This document shows, piece after piece, positions 1 to 11,057 of a stretch of 64,000 nt of DNA. A program made the translations under genes and the position numbers. The stretch is taken from the NCBI RefSeq assembly GCF_000315625.1, contig NW_005434670.1:412833-476832 (forward strand), in the 5' to 3' direction. Numbering within the stretch: the stretch's first letter is position 1; every line of letters begins with the position of its first letter. The DNA is from Guillardia theta CCMP2712. Taxonomy: Eukaryota > Protista > Cryptophyta. Below the pieces are notes generated by a model. That model made no database searches and was not told the DNA's origin. It worked only from the letters and a program-made list of their open reading frames with translations.

Positions 1-310
1 CCTGCTTCCTCCCCGGCATCGGTCGGGTCACGCCGGTCTTTGGGCATTGCTGCGGCGTCGCCGCCGTCACGGGCGGCTACCGCTGACTCGGCTACCGCTG
101 ACTCGGAGGGCTAGCGAGGAGGACTACCTCGAGCGGTACCGTGTTCATGTGTCCAGCCTCCCTCCGTCCGCTGCCCCAGGCGGACCCCCGGGCAACGCCG
201 GCTCCTTGTCGGCGGCTGCCCTTTCTCCGTCCGCGGCCGCCCGCTTTGTGGCGGCAGGGAACGTCTCGACTGACAGTGATCAGTCGGCTGCCTCCGGGTA
301 TCGCGTCTAA

Positions 311-561
311 GGGATTTTATTCCTCCTGCATGCTCCTGCTGCTTGTTGCTTGATTGCTTGACCCTTAGGCTGCTTGTCTGCGCGGCTTCGCGCTTGGGCT
401 GGCGATGCCGCGTCTGGTTGTCAGCAGTGCTGGTTCTTTTCGGGCTTGTGTTTTGTGTGTGATTGTGCAGCTTCTCGCTGTGGACTGTGTGCCTGCCGGT
501 TCAGCTTGTTCCTGCTTTGTTTTGCTTGAGGCACTTTTTACCTTCTGCCAGTAAATCCATT
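311..561 (+). repeat. Putative retroelement 3' UTR unit (~250 bp), multicopy in 1-4340
   Basis: Follows the stop of ...SAASGYRV* (308-310). Near-identical copy at 2583-2839; partial and inverted copies elsewhere. Confidence 0.75.
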
Positions 562-1163
562 GGTCCGCCTTCTCGGCGGCTGCCCTTTCTCCGTCCGCGG
601 CCACCAATTTTTAACGAGCTAATGGATTTGAAAGTGGTCAGTCGGCTGCCTCCGGGTATCGCGTCTAAGGGATTTTATTCCTCCTGCCGCATGCTCCTGC
701 TGCTTGTTGCTTGATTGGTTGCTTGACCCTTCGGCTGCTTGTCTGCGCGGCTTTGCGCTTGGGCTGGCGATGCCGCGTCTGGTTGCCAGCAGTGCTGGTT
801 CTTTTCGGACTACGGATTTACTGGCAGAAGGTAAAAAGTGCCTCAAGCAAAACAAAGCAGGAACAAGCTGAACCTCCAGGTCTCGCTGTGCGCTGTGTGC
901 CTGGAGGTTTAGCTTGTTCCTGCTTTGTTTTACTTGAGGCACTTTTTACCTTCTGCAAGTAAATCCATTGTACCTCCTAGGCACACAGCGACCAGCGAGA
1001 AGCTGCACAAACCCACACAAAACACAAGCCCGAAAAGAACCAGCACTGCTGGCACCCAGACGCGGCACCGCCAGCCCAAGCGCGAAGCCGCGCAGACAAG
1101 CAGCCGAAGGGTCAAGCAATCAAGCAACAAGCAGCAGGAGCATGCAGGAGGAATAAAATCCCT

Positions 1164-2224
1164 TCGCTCATTTCTTGACCAGCACTTCCTCTCGTCTCAC
1201 CCTCGAGCGATTCAGTTCGGACTCGATCGAGACGGCTGTCTGAAGTTCTCGCAAACCGCGTCAGCGCTCCTGCCCCTTCACGCTCGCGGTGATGATGAGG
1301 ATGTTGCCAACCCCACAGTGCTGGTGAGCTTGGATGCAAAGAACGCCTTCAACTCCCTCGACCGCCAGGCTCTCTTCGATGCAATCGAGGGACGTGCGAG
1401 TCGCGACTACTTTGATGGGAGCATCACTGAAGGCGCAAGCTTGCCCTCTTGCGAGCATCTCCGTTTGTTCGCCTCCTACCTCTTCAGCTACTATGGAGAC
1501 TCTGCTGACCTTCGACTCTTTCACAAAAGTCAGTCAGCCTCCGTTCAGTGTACCTCGGGCGTCTGTCAGGGCGATGTCCCCTCCAGCGTGTTTTTCTGCC
1601 ACAGTATCCACCCCCTGCTCCTCCATATCGCAGAGCTTTTTCCCTCTGTTCGAGTCTTGGCCTATGCTGACAACGTCGTACTTGTCGGTCCACTCGAGGA
1701 TGCCGTTGCAGCTACGTCCGCTATGAAGAAGTACATGGTGGCTGATCTGAAGCTAGAGATTCAACCTCGCGAGTCGAAAGTTTACATCCCCTCCTGGCAT
1801 CAACACCCTGATCTCTCGCAGCTGAAGAAGAGCCTTAAGCGCCGTCTCAAGACTCAACTTCTTCACTTCGAGGTCGTCACTGGCGGGATTACACTTGGCG
1901 GCCTGCCTATCGGCACGGATGGATTTCATGCTAGTCAGCTCCGAGCGAAGGTTTCTACCCTCAACGAAGAGCTCTCGAAGCTCGGGCTCGTCCAGCATGG
2001 CTTCATGTTCAAGACGCTGGTGAGGGCGAGCCATCTCCAGAAGCTGCGCTTCTTCCTCCAGGGGTCTTCTCCGTTTCTCCCGCGGGTCCAATCACAGATT
2101 CGTCGCTTTGACCTCTCTGTCCACCTGGCGCTTGAGAAATACCACCGCTGGCCTTCCTCGCAGTACCTCGCCGCGCATCCCGACCTGCTAGAGTTTGCGA
2201 GGTTCAAGCGGGAGCTTCCGCATG
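1164..2224 (+). pseudogene. Non-LTR reverse transcriptase fragment (CRE-clade-like), truncated at both ends
   Basis: Within ORF 925-2268: QFGL..DG, VLVSLDAKNAFNSLDRQAL, SGVCQGDVPSSVFF, VLAYADNVVLVG, LKLEIQPRESK, GITLGGLPIG. It breaks at RELPHG, where the LPxxxGGLG motif would follow. The first ~80 aa of the ORF are an inverted 3' UTR copy, not RT. Confidence 0.85.
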
Positions 2225-2482
2225 GGCATTGCCGCGGCGTCGCCGCCGTCACGGGCGGCTACCACTGACTCGGCTACCGCTGACTCGGAGGCTAGCGAGG
2301 AGGACTACCTCGAGCGGTACCGTGTTCCTGTGTCCAGCCTCCCTCCGTCCGCTGCCCCCAGGGGGGCCCCCCGGCCAACGCCGGCTCCTTGTCGGGAGGT
2401 GCCCTTTTTCCGTCCGGGGGCCCCCGCTTTGTAGCCGGGCGGACGTACCGACTGAGAGAGAAAGGCGGCTGCCTCCGGGTAT

Positions 2483-2582
2483 NNNNNNNNNNNNNNNNNN
2501 NNNNNNNNNNNNNNNNNNNNNNNNNNNNNNNNNNNNNNNNNNNNNNNNNNNNNNNNNNNNNNNNNNNNNNNNNNNNNNNNNN
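2483..2582. other. Assembly gap (100 N)
   Basis: Run of n. Confidence 1.
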
Positions 2583-3496
2583 GATTTTATTCCTCCTGCA
2601 TGCTCCTGCTGCTTGTTGCTTGATTGCTTGACCCTTAGGCTGCTTGTCGGTACGGTCTGCGCGGCTTCGCGCTTGGGCTGGCGCTGCCGCGCTGACGGTT
2701 GCCAGCAGTGCTGGTTCTTTTCGGGCTTGTGTTTTGTGTGTGATTGTGCAGCTTCTCGCTGTGGACTGTGTGCCTGCCGGTTCAGCTTGTTCCTGCTTTG
2801 TTTTGCTTGAGGCACTTTTTACCTTCTGCCAGTAAATCCTATAGCCTTAGACGCGATACCCGGAGGCAGCTGACTGACCACTGTCAGTCGAGACGTCCGC
2901 TGAAAAGAACCAGCACTGCTGGCACCCAGACGCGGCACCGCCAGCCCAAGCGCGAAGCCGCGTGGATATCGCCCTTCATCTTGCGGCCATGAGGATGGGA
3001 GGGGTTTACAGATTTACTGGTAGAAGGTAAAAAGTGCCTCAAGCAAAACAAAGCAGGAACCGGTCGATGGATTTACTGGCAGAAGGTAAACTGGTCGATG
3101 GATTTACTGGCAGAAGGTAAACTGAAAGTGCCTCAAGCAAAACAAAGCAGGAACAAGCTAAACCTCCTGGCACACAGCGCACAGCGAGAAGCTGCACGCC
3201 GACAAGGAGCCGGCGTTGCCCGGGGGTCCGCCGGGGGCAGCGGACGGAGGGAGGCTGGACACATGAACACGGTACCGCTCGAGGTAGTCCTCCTCGCTAG
3301 CAGGCTCCGAGTCAGCGGTAGCCGAGTCAGCGGTAGCAGCCCGTGACGGCGGCGACGCCGCAGCAATGCCCAAGGACCGGCGTGACCCGACCGATGCCGG
3401 GGAGGAAGCAGGCGAGCTCGGACCAGCAGCAAGCACCCCAGTGGTGTCGAGCTCTCCGGAGGCACCCGGCGACGTCACAGAGAGGGACGGAGACGC

Positions 3497-4160
3497 TCAG
3501 CCAGCTCCGCGCCGATCGTCGGGGCCACTCGAAGTGTTTCCCCCATCGGAGTCGGAGACCTCCGGCGAAGACTCCCCCTCAGGCGACTCGACAAAGTCCG
3601 AGGAGGAGCTGTCCTCTGGCTCGAGAAGTGCTTGCGCCCGCAAGGGCGTCATGCGCCTCGCACCAGACAAGAGCGCCTCCAGCGTCAGCTGCATAGTGAG
3701 GCGCTGATAGGTGGCGGCGCGTTTGCGAGCCAAGACCTCAGCAGCAGGTCCGTCATCTGAGGCACGAAGTGCCGACCAAACCGTCCGCATCCTCAAGAGG
3801 CATCGAGCGCTGAGCAATGATCGGATGTCCGCCAGATACCAGATGAAGCGGAGGGTGTCAGGATGCAGGGTACCGTCCGTCGAGATGGCAAGAGGGATGA
3901 ACGCTCGAGGAGGAGTAGTCATAGCATATGCAGCGCGATGTTTGCGAATCTTCTCAGACGCTGCAACATGGAGGGCGTCGAGGTTGACCTCCCCCCACTT
4001 GGTCAGGTCGGCCGCTGAGAGCTACCAATGTACTAAGGGTGGACCAACGTCACGTCCGCCATCAAGCCCTCGTACTGCTCGGACCCTCGATCGCGGATGC
4101 CAGGGATGTGGATATCGCCCTTCATCTTGCGGCCATGAGGATGGGAGGGTACCTGGAACA
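3497..4160 (-). pseudogene. Restriction-like endonuclease (PD-D/ExK) domain of the retroelement plus acidic tail, disrupted
   Basis: Minus strand reads KMKGDIHIPG...LMADVTLVHP, then TAG (4033-4035) and a frameshift, then AASEKIRKHRAAY...AFIPLAISTDGTLHPDTLRFIWYLA. This matches the RLE pattern D..DVT..K..K(Y/H)..F.P...T.G. Confidence 0.75.
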
Positions 4161-5700
4161 AGCTAAACCTCCATTGTATCTCCAGGCACACAGCGCACAG
4201 CGAGAAGCTGCACAATCACACACAAAACACAAGCCCGAAAAGAACCAGCACTGCTGGCAACCAGACGCGGAGTAATGGATAAAACAGGAGGAATAAAATC
4301 CCTTAGACGCGATACCCGGAGGCAGCCGACTGACCACTCAGTCAGTCATGGACGTCGGATGCCTCCGGAGAGCTCGACACCACTGGGGTGCTTGCTGCTG
4401 GTCCGAGCTCACCTGCCTTCGATGCCACCGCCGCACAGCCCCGGTCCCTGGGCATTGATGTGGCGTCCGAGTCGCCGCCGTCACGGGTGGTCCGAGGCAC
4501 GCCGCCGGGACGGTTGCCGGCGCTGCCGAGGAGTATCATTGTGACGTCGGATGCCTCCGGAGAGCTCGACGCCACTCACACCTGGTCCGAGCTCGCCTGC
4601 TTGCCTCCCGATCGGACGGGGTCCTTGCGCGTCGACTGACAGCGGTCCGACGGTCAGTCGGCTGCCGGCCGCTCCGAGCCGGGCCCGGTATCGCCGGCCC
4701 CGGACCCGGGGCCCGCCGGGCCCGGAGCGAAGTTGGGAGCCTCGGAGTCAAAAAAGGAGCTAGCGCCGGGAAGTAGAGGTGAGGAGGTGAGCGGTTGAGG
4801 GGAGCAGTAGAGAGGAGGTTGGTGGAGAGTAGAAGAGCGAAGGACAGGTTAGAAGCGAAAAGGAGAAGATTGTAGGGCCAAATTGAATGGAGAGGATCGA
4901 AAGGAGTAGTGGATGCGTTCTCTGAATCGGAAGAAGAGTGTGGAGTTGTTTGATGTAGTTTTTGAGATGATCTGTGGGAGGAGGAACAGGCAGGACGGAT
5001 GGAAGGAATTGCGGGTATGGGAGGGAGGGAGATGTGGAGAATACAAGAGCCGGAGAAGCGAAGACCCCGGGCTTCTTCCTGCTTCTCATTTACCTATGTT
5101 GAGGTCTCGCATGCTCTGCCGAACTCTTCGAGGATGAGCGAGGTGCCATGGCAGTGAAGGTGCGACAATGCGCAGCCTCTCCTCTTCCATTCCTCGTTCA
5201 TCCTCCTCCTTGTTTGCGTTCACTCCAAAGCGCACCTGCCGCTCTGTGACGTCTATCAACCCAACCATCTCATCTGCAAATCTCAGGCCTCACCAGCGGT
5301 ACTTGCTGCCCTTGATCCGTCGAGGTGAGAGAGAGGGAGAGGAAGAGAGAGGGAGAGGAAGAGAGATGGAGAGAGGGATAGAAGGAGACGTGTCTGATGT
5401 TGAGATTTGCAGGCTAGAAGGAGCAAGTCCGGGTAAATCTCCTTCATTTTTCATTGATGGAGAGAAAATCCGTACTGATTGTAATTCACCATGTTGAGAA
5501 TGCTGAAAGATCATTCATGTGTGTGTGCGTACGTGGAGAATAACACGAAATGAAGATTGATCCCTCTTCAGAGGCCCATGCTGTTACTTGTCGTCTGCTG
5601 GATGGGACGTCGGTCGATATCTTGGTGAAGAGCTTGGTCGCTGAAATTTTGACTGAGCATGCGGGCAGAAGTACGAAGCGGAGCTTGTACGATCGGTAGC

Positions 5701-7331
5701 ATGCCTCAAACAAGCGATGGTGGTTGGGGACGCCAGGCCTTACTTAGCGGCTCTCTTAAGCCTGAAGACAGTGAGATGAACAAGGAGCGGGAGGGTGTTG
5801 ACAGAGTGATGAGGTGCCCGGGACGAAAGAGCTGCATGCAGATGCGAAAGAGGCGGCAAGAAGGGGAGGAAGCGACGCGAAGACAGTGAAAGACGCGTGT
5901 CTGTGCGACAACTTTCAAAGGTCAATGGCCATTCGTGATACTCCGGCCTGATGGTCTGGCGGCTTCTTAAGTGTGTGGCAGGCACATGTCAGAGCAGATC
6001 GCGCTCTTCAACGCTGGCGTCTCGTGCTGGATCCAAGTAGACTTGACTTGTCCCTCCCCTCCTGCTGTCTGATGCTCACACAGCGCTTCGTCATCGTTCC
6101 CTTCAAACTGCCCAAGACAAACAGGCTGAGAGACCCGCGGGTCAGGCAGGAGCTGACGGACAAGTACCGGATCACCATCTCCAACCTTTACCGTCAAGAC
6201 ACTCACACGCTAACGCCTCCTGCCCTCGAGCTTGAGAAAAGTCGCATGTCACCAGCCCTCGCATCCTCCTCCTTGTCTTGCATCGAACCCGATTGTCTTC
6301 TCGCGCACTCGATCATGTTGAGAGACGTTGAACTCTCGCCATCTTCATCGGTAGACGTGCAAGATGAGGAGATTGACGAGCTGCATGTTCATCTTGATCT
6401 CAATCTGGTGGGCGAGTCAGAACGGGCGAGGAGGAAGGTGAAGGAGGAAGGTCCTTGTGAAGGTCTTAGATCAGCTGATCTGTCCCCTGCTCGTCTCCAT
6501 GAGTGCAGCGACGATCCTCAAAACTTCGACCTGGAGGACCAGGACGCTCAGGTCTGTGCGTTCGACACAGCCGAGCCTGAGGGGATGCAAGCGGCAGCAG
6601 CGACGGAGAAGAGAATTACTAGGAAGGCGAAGGGAAGCAACAAGAAATCCAAGCCTGCACTCAACAGCCTCGCCTTGCAGGTGGTTGGAGGATGAGACGG
6701 AGGTAGGCACTCAAGCTCAGGCGCTTGCAGGCCGAGAGGATGGGAATGCTTGCGGCAGAGTCGATGGAGGATTGTGCAGAGAGGCTGCCAAGTTGGGCGA
6801 CAGGCAAACGAAGAGAAAAGAAGAAGAAAGAAAAGAGAAGCGAATTCGTCTCGCTGCGGCAGAGACCTGAAGATCCTCAACCTGAGCGACCTGGAGTCGC
6901 TGTCAGAGACCCGCGCTCCGACCGCCAAGGAGAGGAGGGGGGCGAAACAGAAGCAGAAAGTTGGACGGGGACTGGCAGACCATCCTTCCTCGACCGTTAC
7001 ATCCAGGTATCGTCGACTGGTTTAGATGATGCCATACCCTCGCTCCCCTCCTCCTAACTCACTGAATCCTTCAGCCGAGTACGAAAGCGAGGATGCTCTT
7101 TGTCATCGGTACCCTCATCCCCATCTTCCTCATCCTCAACATCTTGTTGCACTTTCGATGTCAGGTAGAAATGTTGCTCCTCATGCCGGGCTGATGCCGC
7201 GCCAGCATCCTTACATGAGGAAGTGGGTCAAGTACAGCTGCGTCGCTCTGCTCCTCTGGCTTCTCATCGCCATCTTATGGGTCATCATCGCTGTGATGGA
7301 GGCCAAGGCATCAGCAACTTTGGGAGGCTGA
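5701..7331 (+). CDS. Hypothetical spliced protein with C-terminal TM helix and a segment resembling the C-terminus of long-chain acyl-CoA synthetases
   Basis: ORF 5973-6695 plus flanking exons; QIALFNAG..QRFVIVPFKL..TNRLR..RQELTDKYRITISNLY; ends in hydrophobic CVALLLWLLIAILWVIIAV. Start uncertain. Confidence 0.4.
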
Positions 7332-7409
7332 CAGACGTATGTGCGGGACATTCGCTATGTGATGATACGAAAAGAGAAGCCGGCGATGGCGGTAGATAAG
7401 CTAAGTCGC

Positions 7410-10300
7410 TCATGAGAGAGGAGTGAAATCGTTGACAATCTTCACCTCCAGAACCTGATCAGTCAAGCTGCTCAGCGCTATGCTCCACCACATGTGCCTT
7501 ACCAACGGCCGAGGGATAGAGACAATCCTGCCCTTCACGTTGATCCTGACTGCCTCCTCCGACCGATCCTGCGATCTCTTAAAATGAGAGCATGAGGGCT
7601 GTGCACCAGACGTGTAGGTTGCCCTCAAAGACGAGCTTGTTCTTGAAAGGCTCCTTGGTCGTCACCGTCACTGGGAAGCCCTTGAAGGCAGCAAACTCCC
7701 GGCTTGCAATGTGACATGTCAGAATGCAGAACAAGGAAGAGGCGATATGGGCAAGAGACGGGAAAGTGAAGACGCAAGAGAAGGAGAGGCAGGAGAAGTC
7801 TCACTCTCTTGTGAGCACATCCTTTGCTCCCGGTGTGGAGACCACGAGGTTGTAAGGCCTGTCGAGCATGAAAGGAGCCGCATCAAGCCGGAAACCTGCA
7901 GACTCATCACCTATCTCTCTCAACCTGAGTACCTGCCTTCAACAGAGCTTCCCCCTGCTCTCATGGCCGCCCTTTCCCTTTTGCCCTCCCTGTCCTTACC
8001 GAGTGACTTGCTCAACCTCTCGCATTCTTCGATTCCCACAGAGAATTGGTCGGCATCGACATGCTCCACCTGCCGTATCCATCAGCCGTTGGCGAGATCT
8101 CAGCGATCTCCACCTTGAACACAAGCTTTCCTCTTGTCCATCGCGCATCAACAACCTAGCAGCGGTGAGGGGATACCCGGCAACGAGGCAGCAGGAGACC
8201 CGCAGAGACATGTCGGCAGCCTCCTGCTCCGCCATCTCCCTTGCCTGCTTAGAGTGACCAGAGCGAAAAGCATGGTAGCATGAAATACCTGCTGCACCCA
8301 AGACAAGCCTTGACCTTCATCCGGGCCATCTTCGTCCTCATCCTGTCACAAAGAAAGTCAGCAGGTCGTCAACCCGAATTAGCTCTTCCAACATCTTCCC
8401 AGCCTGTCATGGGACTCTCATCTTGATCCTCCACGTCTTCTTCCTCGTCAACTTCCTCCATGAGCTCCTCGATTGCAGCTCTTGTTGAGGGACCTATGCA
8501 ACATCAAGGTGATTGTACAATACTGACAAGATCACCAGAGTCGGCTGCCGAGCCTGCTTCTTCGATCTCCGCTAGTTTTAAAGCTTCAGCGATGTCGTCC
8601 ATGGCCTGTAGGGGGGAGGTAAGAGGCATGGAGGTGGCTGTTCCTCTCTCCCTCACATCCGATGGCGCCTGAAACTTCATGCCTGAGGCCTCCATCGCCT
8701 TGAGAATCTGCTGCTTGAAATCTCTCTCCTCGCTTGTTGAGGAATACTCGAGCCGCGTCAGCTGATCGATGCTCTGTTGGATTCCCTCCGCGTCATTCGA
8801 CCTGACGCTCTCATCCAAACTATTCAAAGTCCAATCTGTCGACAAACTCAGTGCAGAACATCATCAGGGCAAATCTCAAGGACCAATCGCAAGCTTCTTG
8901 TCTTGGACTTTGTCGAACATATCAACACCGTCCCACTCAGTTGACTCATGAGCCGTTTGGATTGCTACGGCAAATTCAAATGCCTCTTGTTGCGATACCT
9001 CGCGTCCTGTGAGTTCTCTAAGAGCTCTCAAAGTCTTTTCAAGATTCTTGTTGGAATCTTTTATCGCCGCTACTTCGACAAATCTCAAAGAAAGCAGGCA
9101 GTCAGCCAGCAGGTCTTCATCGCCGCTCTCTATGGCTTCATCAAGAAGTCGTTCAATGGCAGCAGCCTGTGTAAAAGTTGAGAGGATAGAGCAACTGATT
9201 CAGAGACAGTTGGAGACCTTTAGCCGTTTGTCTTGAATCTCCCTCAGAGACCTCCACACATCTTCGTCCTCATCATCCCCTAATTCGGACTCTACTCCCT
9301 CAACTTGAGCAATTACGTCTGAGATTTCTTGTGCAGCCTGAGCCGATTGCAAGTTTTCAATTCCTGTCTTTGAAAGAAGATCCTTGATGAGGGAGGGGTC
9401 GACTGCCTGGCCTGACACCGCGCTTCCAGCTTCGTCACCCATCAACTTTTCTAGAGTTCTCAAGGCCTTCTCCAGCAGCTTGCTGTCATTGCTGCTGACT
9501 GCGTCGTCGATAATCTTTCCAAGTGCCTGAACCCTGACATTCTTGTTTCCGACTCCCTCTAAGATCTCGAATATATCGACGTCATGCCCTTCTTCAATCG
9601 CCGCTCGCTCCAAAGCCAACGCAACTGCATCGGCCACTTCATCGACCGAGCCTTTGGAGGCCTCCGCCTCTTGTTCACTCAAGGGCTTCAGAGCTCTCAA
9701 CTTGGAAATGGCAATTTGAACACTCTCGGCATCGTTGGTGACGATGGATTCGTCAAGGTATTGCTCCAGCGCTTGAATTTCAATCTCTTTTTCTGCCGCT
9801 TCAACCCCTGCAATGGTATCTGCCAAGTCCTCCGCAGCCTCCGCAGGAGTCTCAGTCTGCTTGCCCAGTACGCTGTTAATCAAGTCTGTCTCCTTGGCTT
9901 TGTCAACGCTGGACTTATCGAAGGGTTTCTTTCCTGCCAGCGGTCCTTGAATCTTCTCTAGCTTCGCGAGAGCTCGGCTGATGGCACCAATATCATTCGA
10001 CGCCACAGCCTCCTCTAGCTGCTGCTCTGCTTTCTCAAGCTCTTGCTGATTGATATAAAATGCTTTGTCCCCTGCTCCAGACATGCTCAGTGCCGTCTTT
10101 TTTGGAATGACACGTGGGTGTAGCATCGGAGAAAAGCTTGGCGATGTACCAAGACTGTGCTTGCAGCATGGTTCCCTTAGCTTTAACGACTGCCTCAAGC
10201 CCCTCAAGCGTGCTGTAAAATGACTGACAAAAGCCAAACTCGTAGAGAGTTGGAGAATGAGAGCGAAAACGACGAGAGAAGACTTGAAAAGAACTACCAT
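7410..10300 (-). CDS. rimP: Plastid-targeted ribosome maturation factor RimP with long N-terminal acidic helical repeats
   Basis: Presequence MVVLFKSSLVVFALILQLSTSLA-FV. Spliced C-terminal exons read VGIEECERLSKSL, PYNLVVSTPGAKDVLTR, EFAAFKGFPVTVTTKEPFKNKLVFEGNL, DRSEEAVRINVKGRIVSIPR, VLEVKI, typical of cyanobacterial-type RimP. Confidence 0.75.
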
Positions 10301-11057
10301 CGCCTACAGACAACATCGTAGGTCAGAGCTAAATCGATCACCCTAAGTGGCTTGAATTCATATCTCTATGTTTGATTTGATTTACATGATATCATCAGCC
10401 CCATATTGCTCAAGCTCTCGTTTGATGAAAATTCCATGCTTACCATTACTATCAAGTCATTCTCTATGTACCTGCCAGAACCTGGCTTCTCCTTTCTCCA
10501 ACTCCACTCCCTCGCTCCCTTTCTGCTAACAACATCTCTTCCGAGCTCATGCCATCGCTTCTATCATACTTCAGCTACTTCGCATGCTCCCCTCCCGCCC
10601 CTCCCCCCCTCCCCCTTCGTCATCCTCCGCCTTCGCCGACTGAAATGCGGCATCGCGAATCCTCTTGCCTAGGGACGCAAGGAGACTCGATAAAAGAGAT
10701 ATCAGGGTGGGTAGTCAAATATGCCCAACGGGGGTGGGTAGTCAAAGTGCGCAACGGGGGTATGCAGTCACATCATTCATTCAGCCAATAGGGAGACAAG
10801 GGGTGGGTGTCTAGTCAGAGGGTAGGGGTCCGATGGCTGTTAGTCGAAGGGAGAGATCCTCGCATGAGGGAAGTCGGCGACGGTAGCAGTAAGAAAGCGA
10901 GAAAGACGAGAGAGCATGGAGGAAGAAGATCGAGGGGAGATGACCACAGAGGCCTGTCAACACAACATCACCGCCTTCATCCCATGGTTACACTCACTTT
11001 GCCTGTTCAGAGACCTCGTGGACGAGCTCACCCTGGCGACCGATATGAAACAGTTAG

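Larger units (their letters stand above)
1..4620. mobile_element. Rearranged cluster of CRE-like (RLE-class) non-LTR retrotransposon fragments in both orientations
   Basis: Contains an RT fragment (+, 1164-2224), an RLE fragment (-, ~3700-4160) and repeated copies of the element's ORF tail and 3' UTR (+: 1-561, 636-810, 883-967, 2225-2839; -: 816-873, 980-1163, 2845-2960, 3010-3420, 4160-4340). Confidence 0.85.

Noticed and set aside
925-1163. N-terminal 80 aa of the 447-aa RT ORF as a real protein domain
   Set aside because: It is mostly an inverted copy of the 3' UTR repeat that happens to be in frame.
1-4340. Repeated units as a CRISPR array, or an HDV/hammerhead ribozyme in the element
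   Set aside because: Units are long, irregular and in both orientations with no spacers. No ribozyme core was recognised by eye, and the element 5' end is absent; an Infernal search would be needed.
4760-5720. Short minus-strand exon-like segments
   Set aside because: A small spliced gene is possible, but no start-to-stop model or family could be supported.
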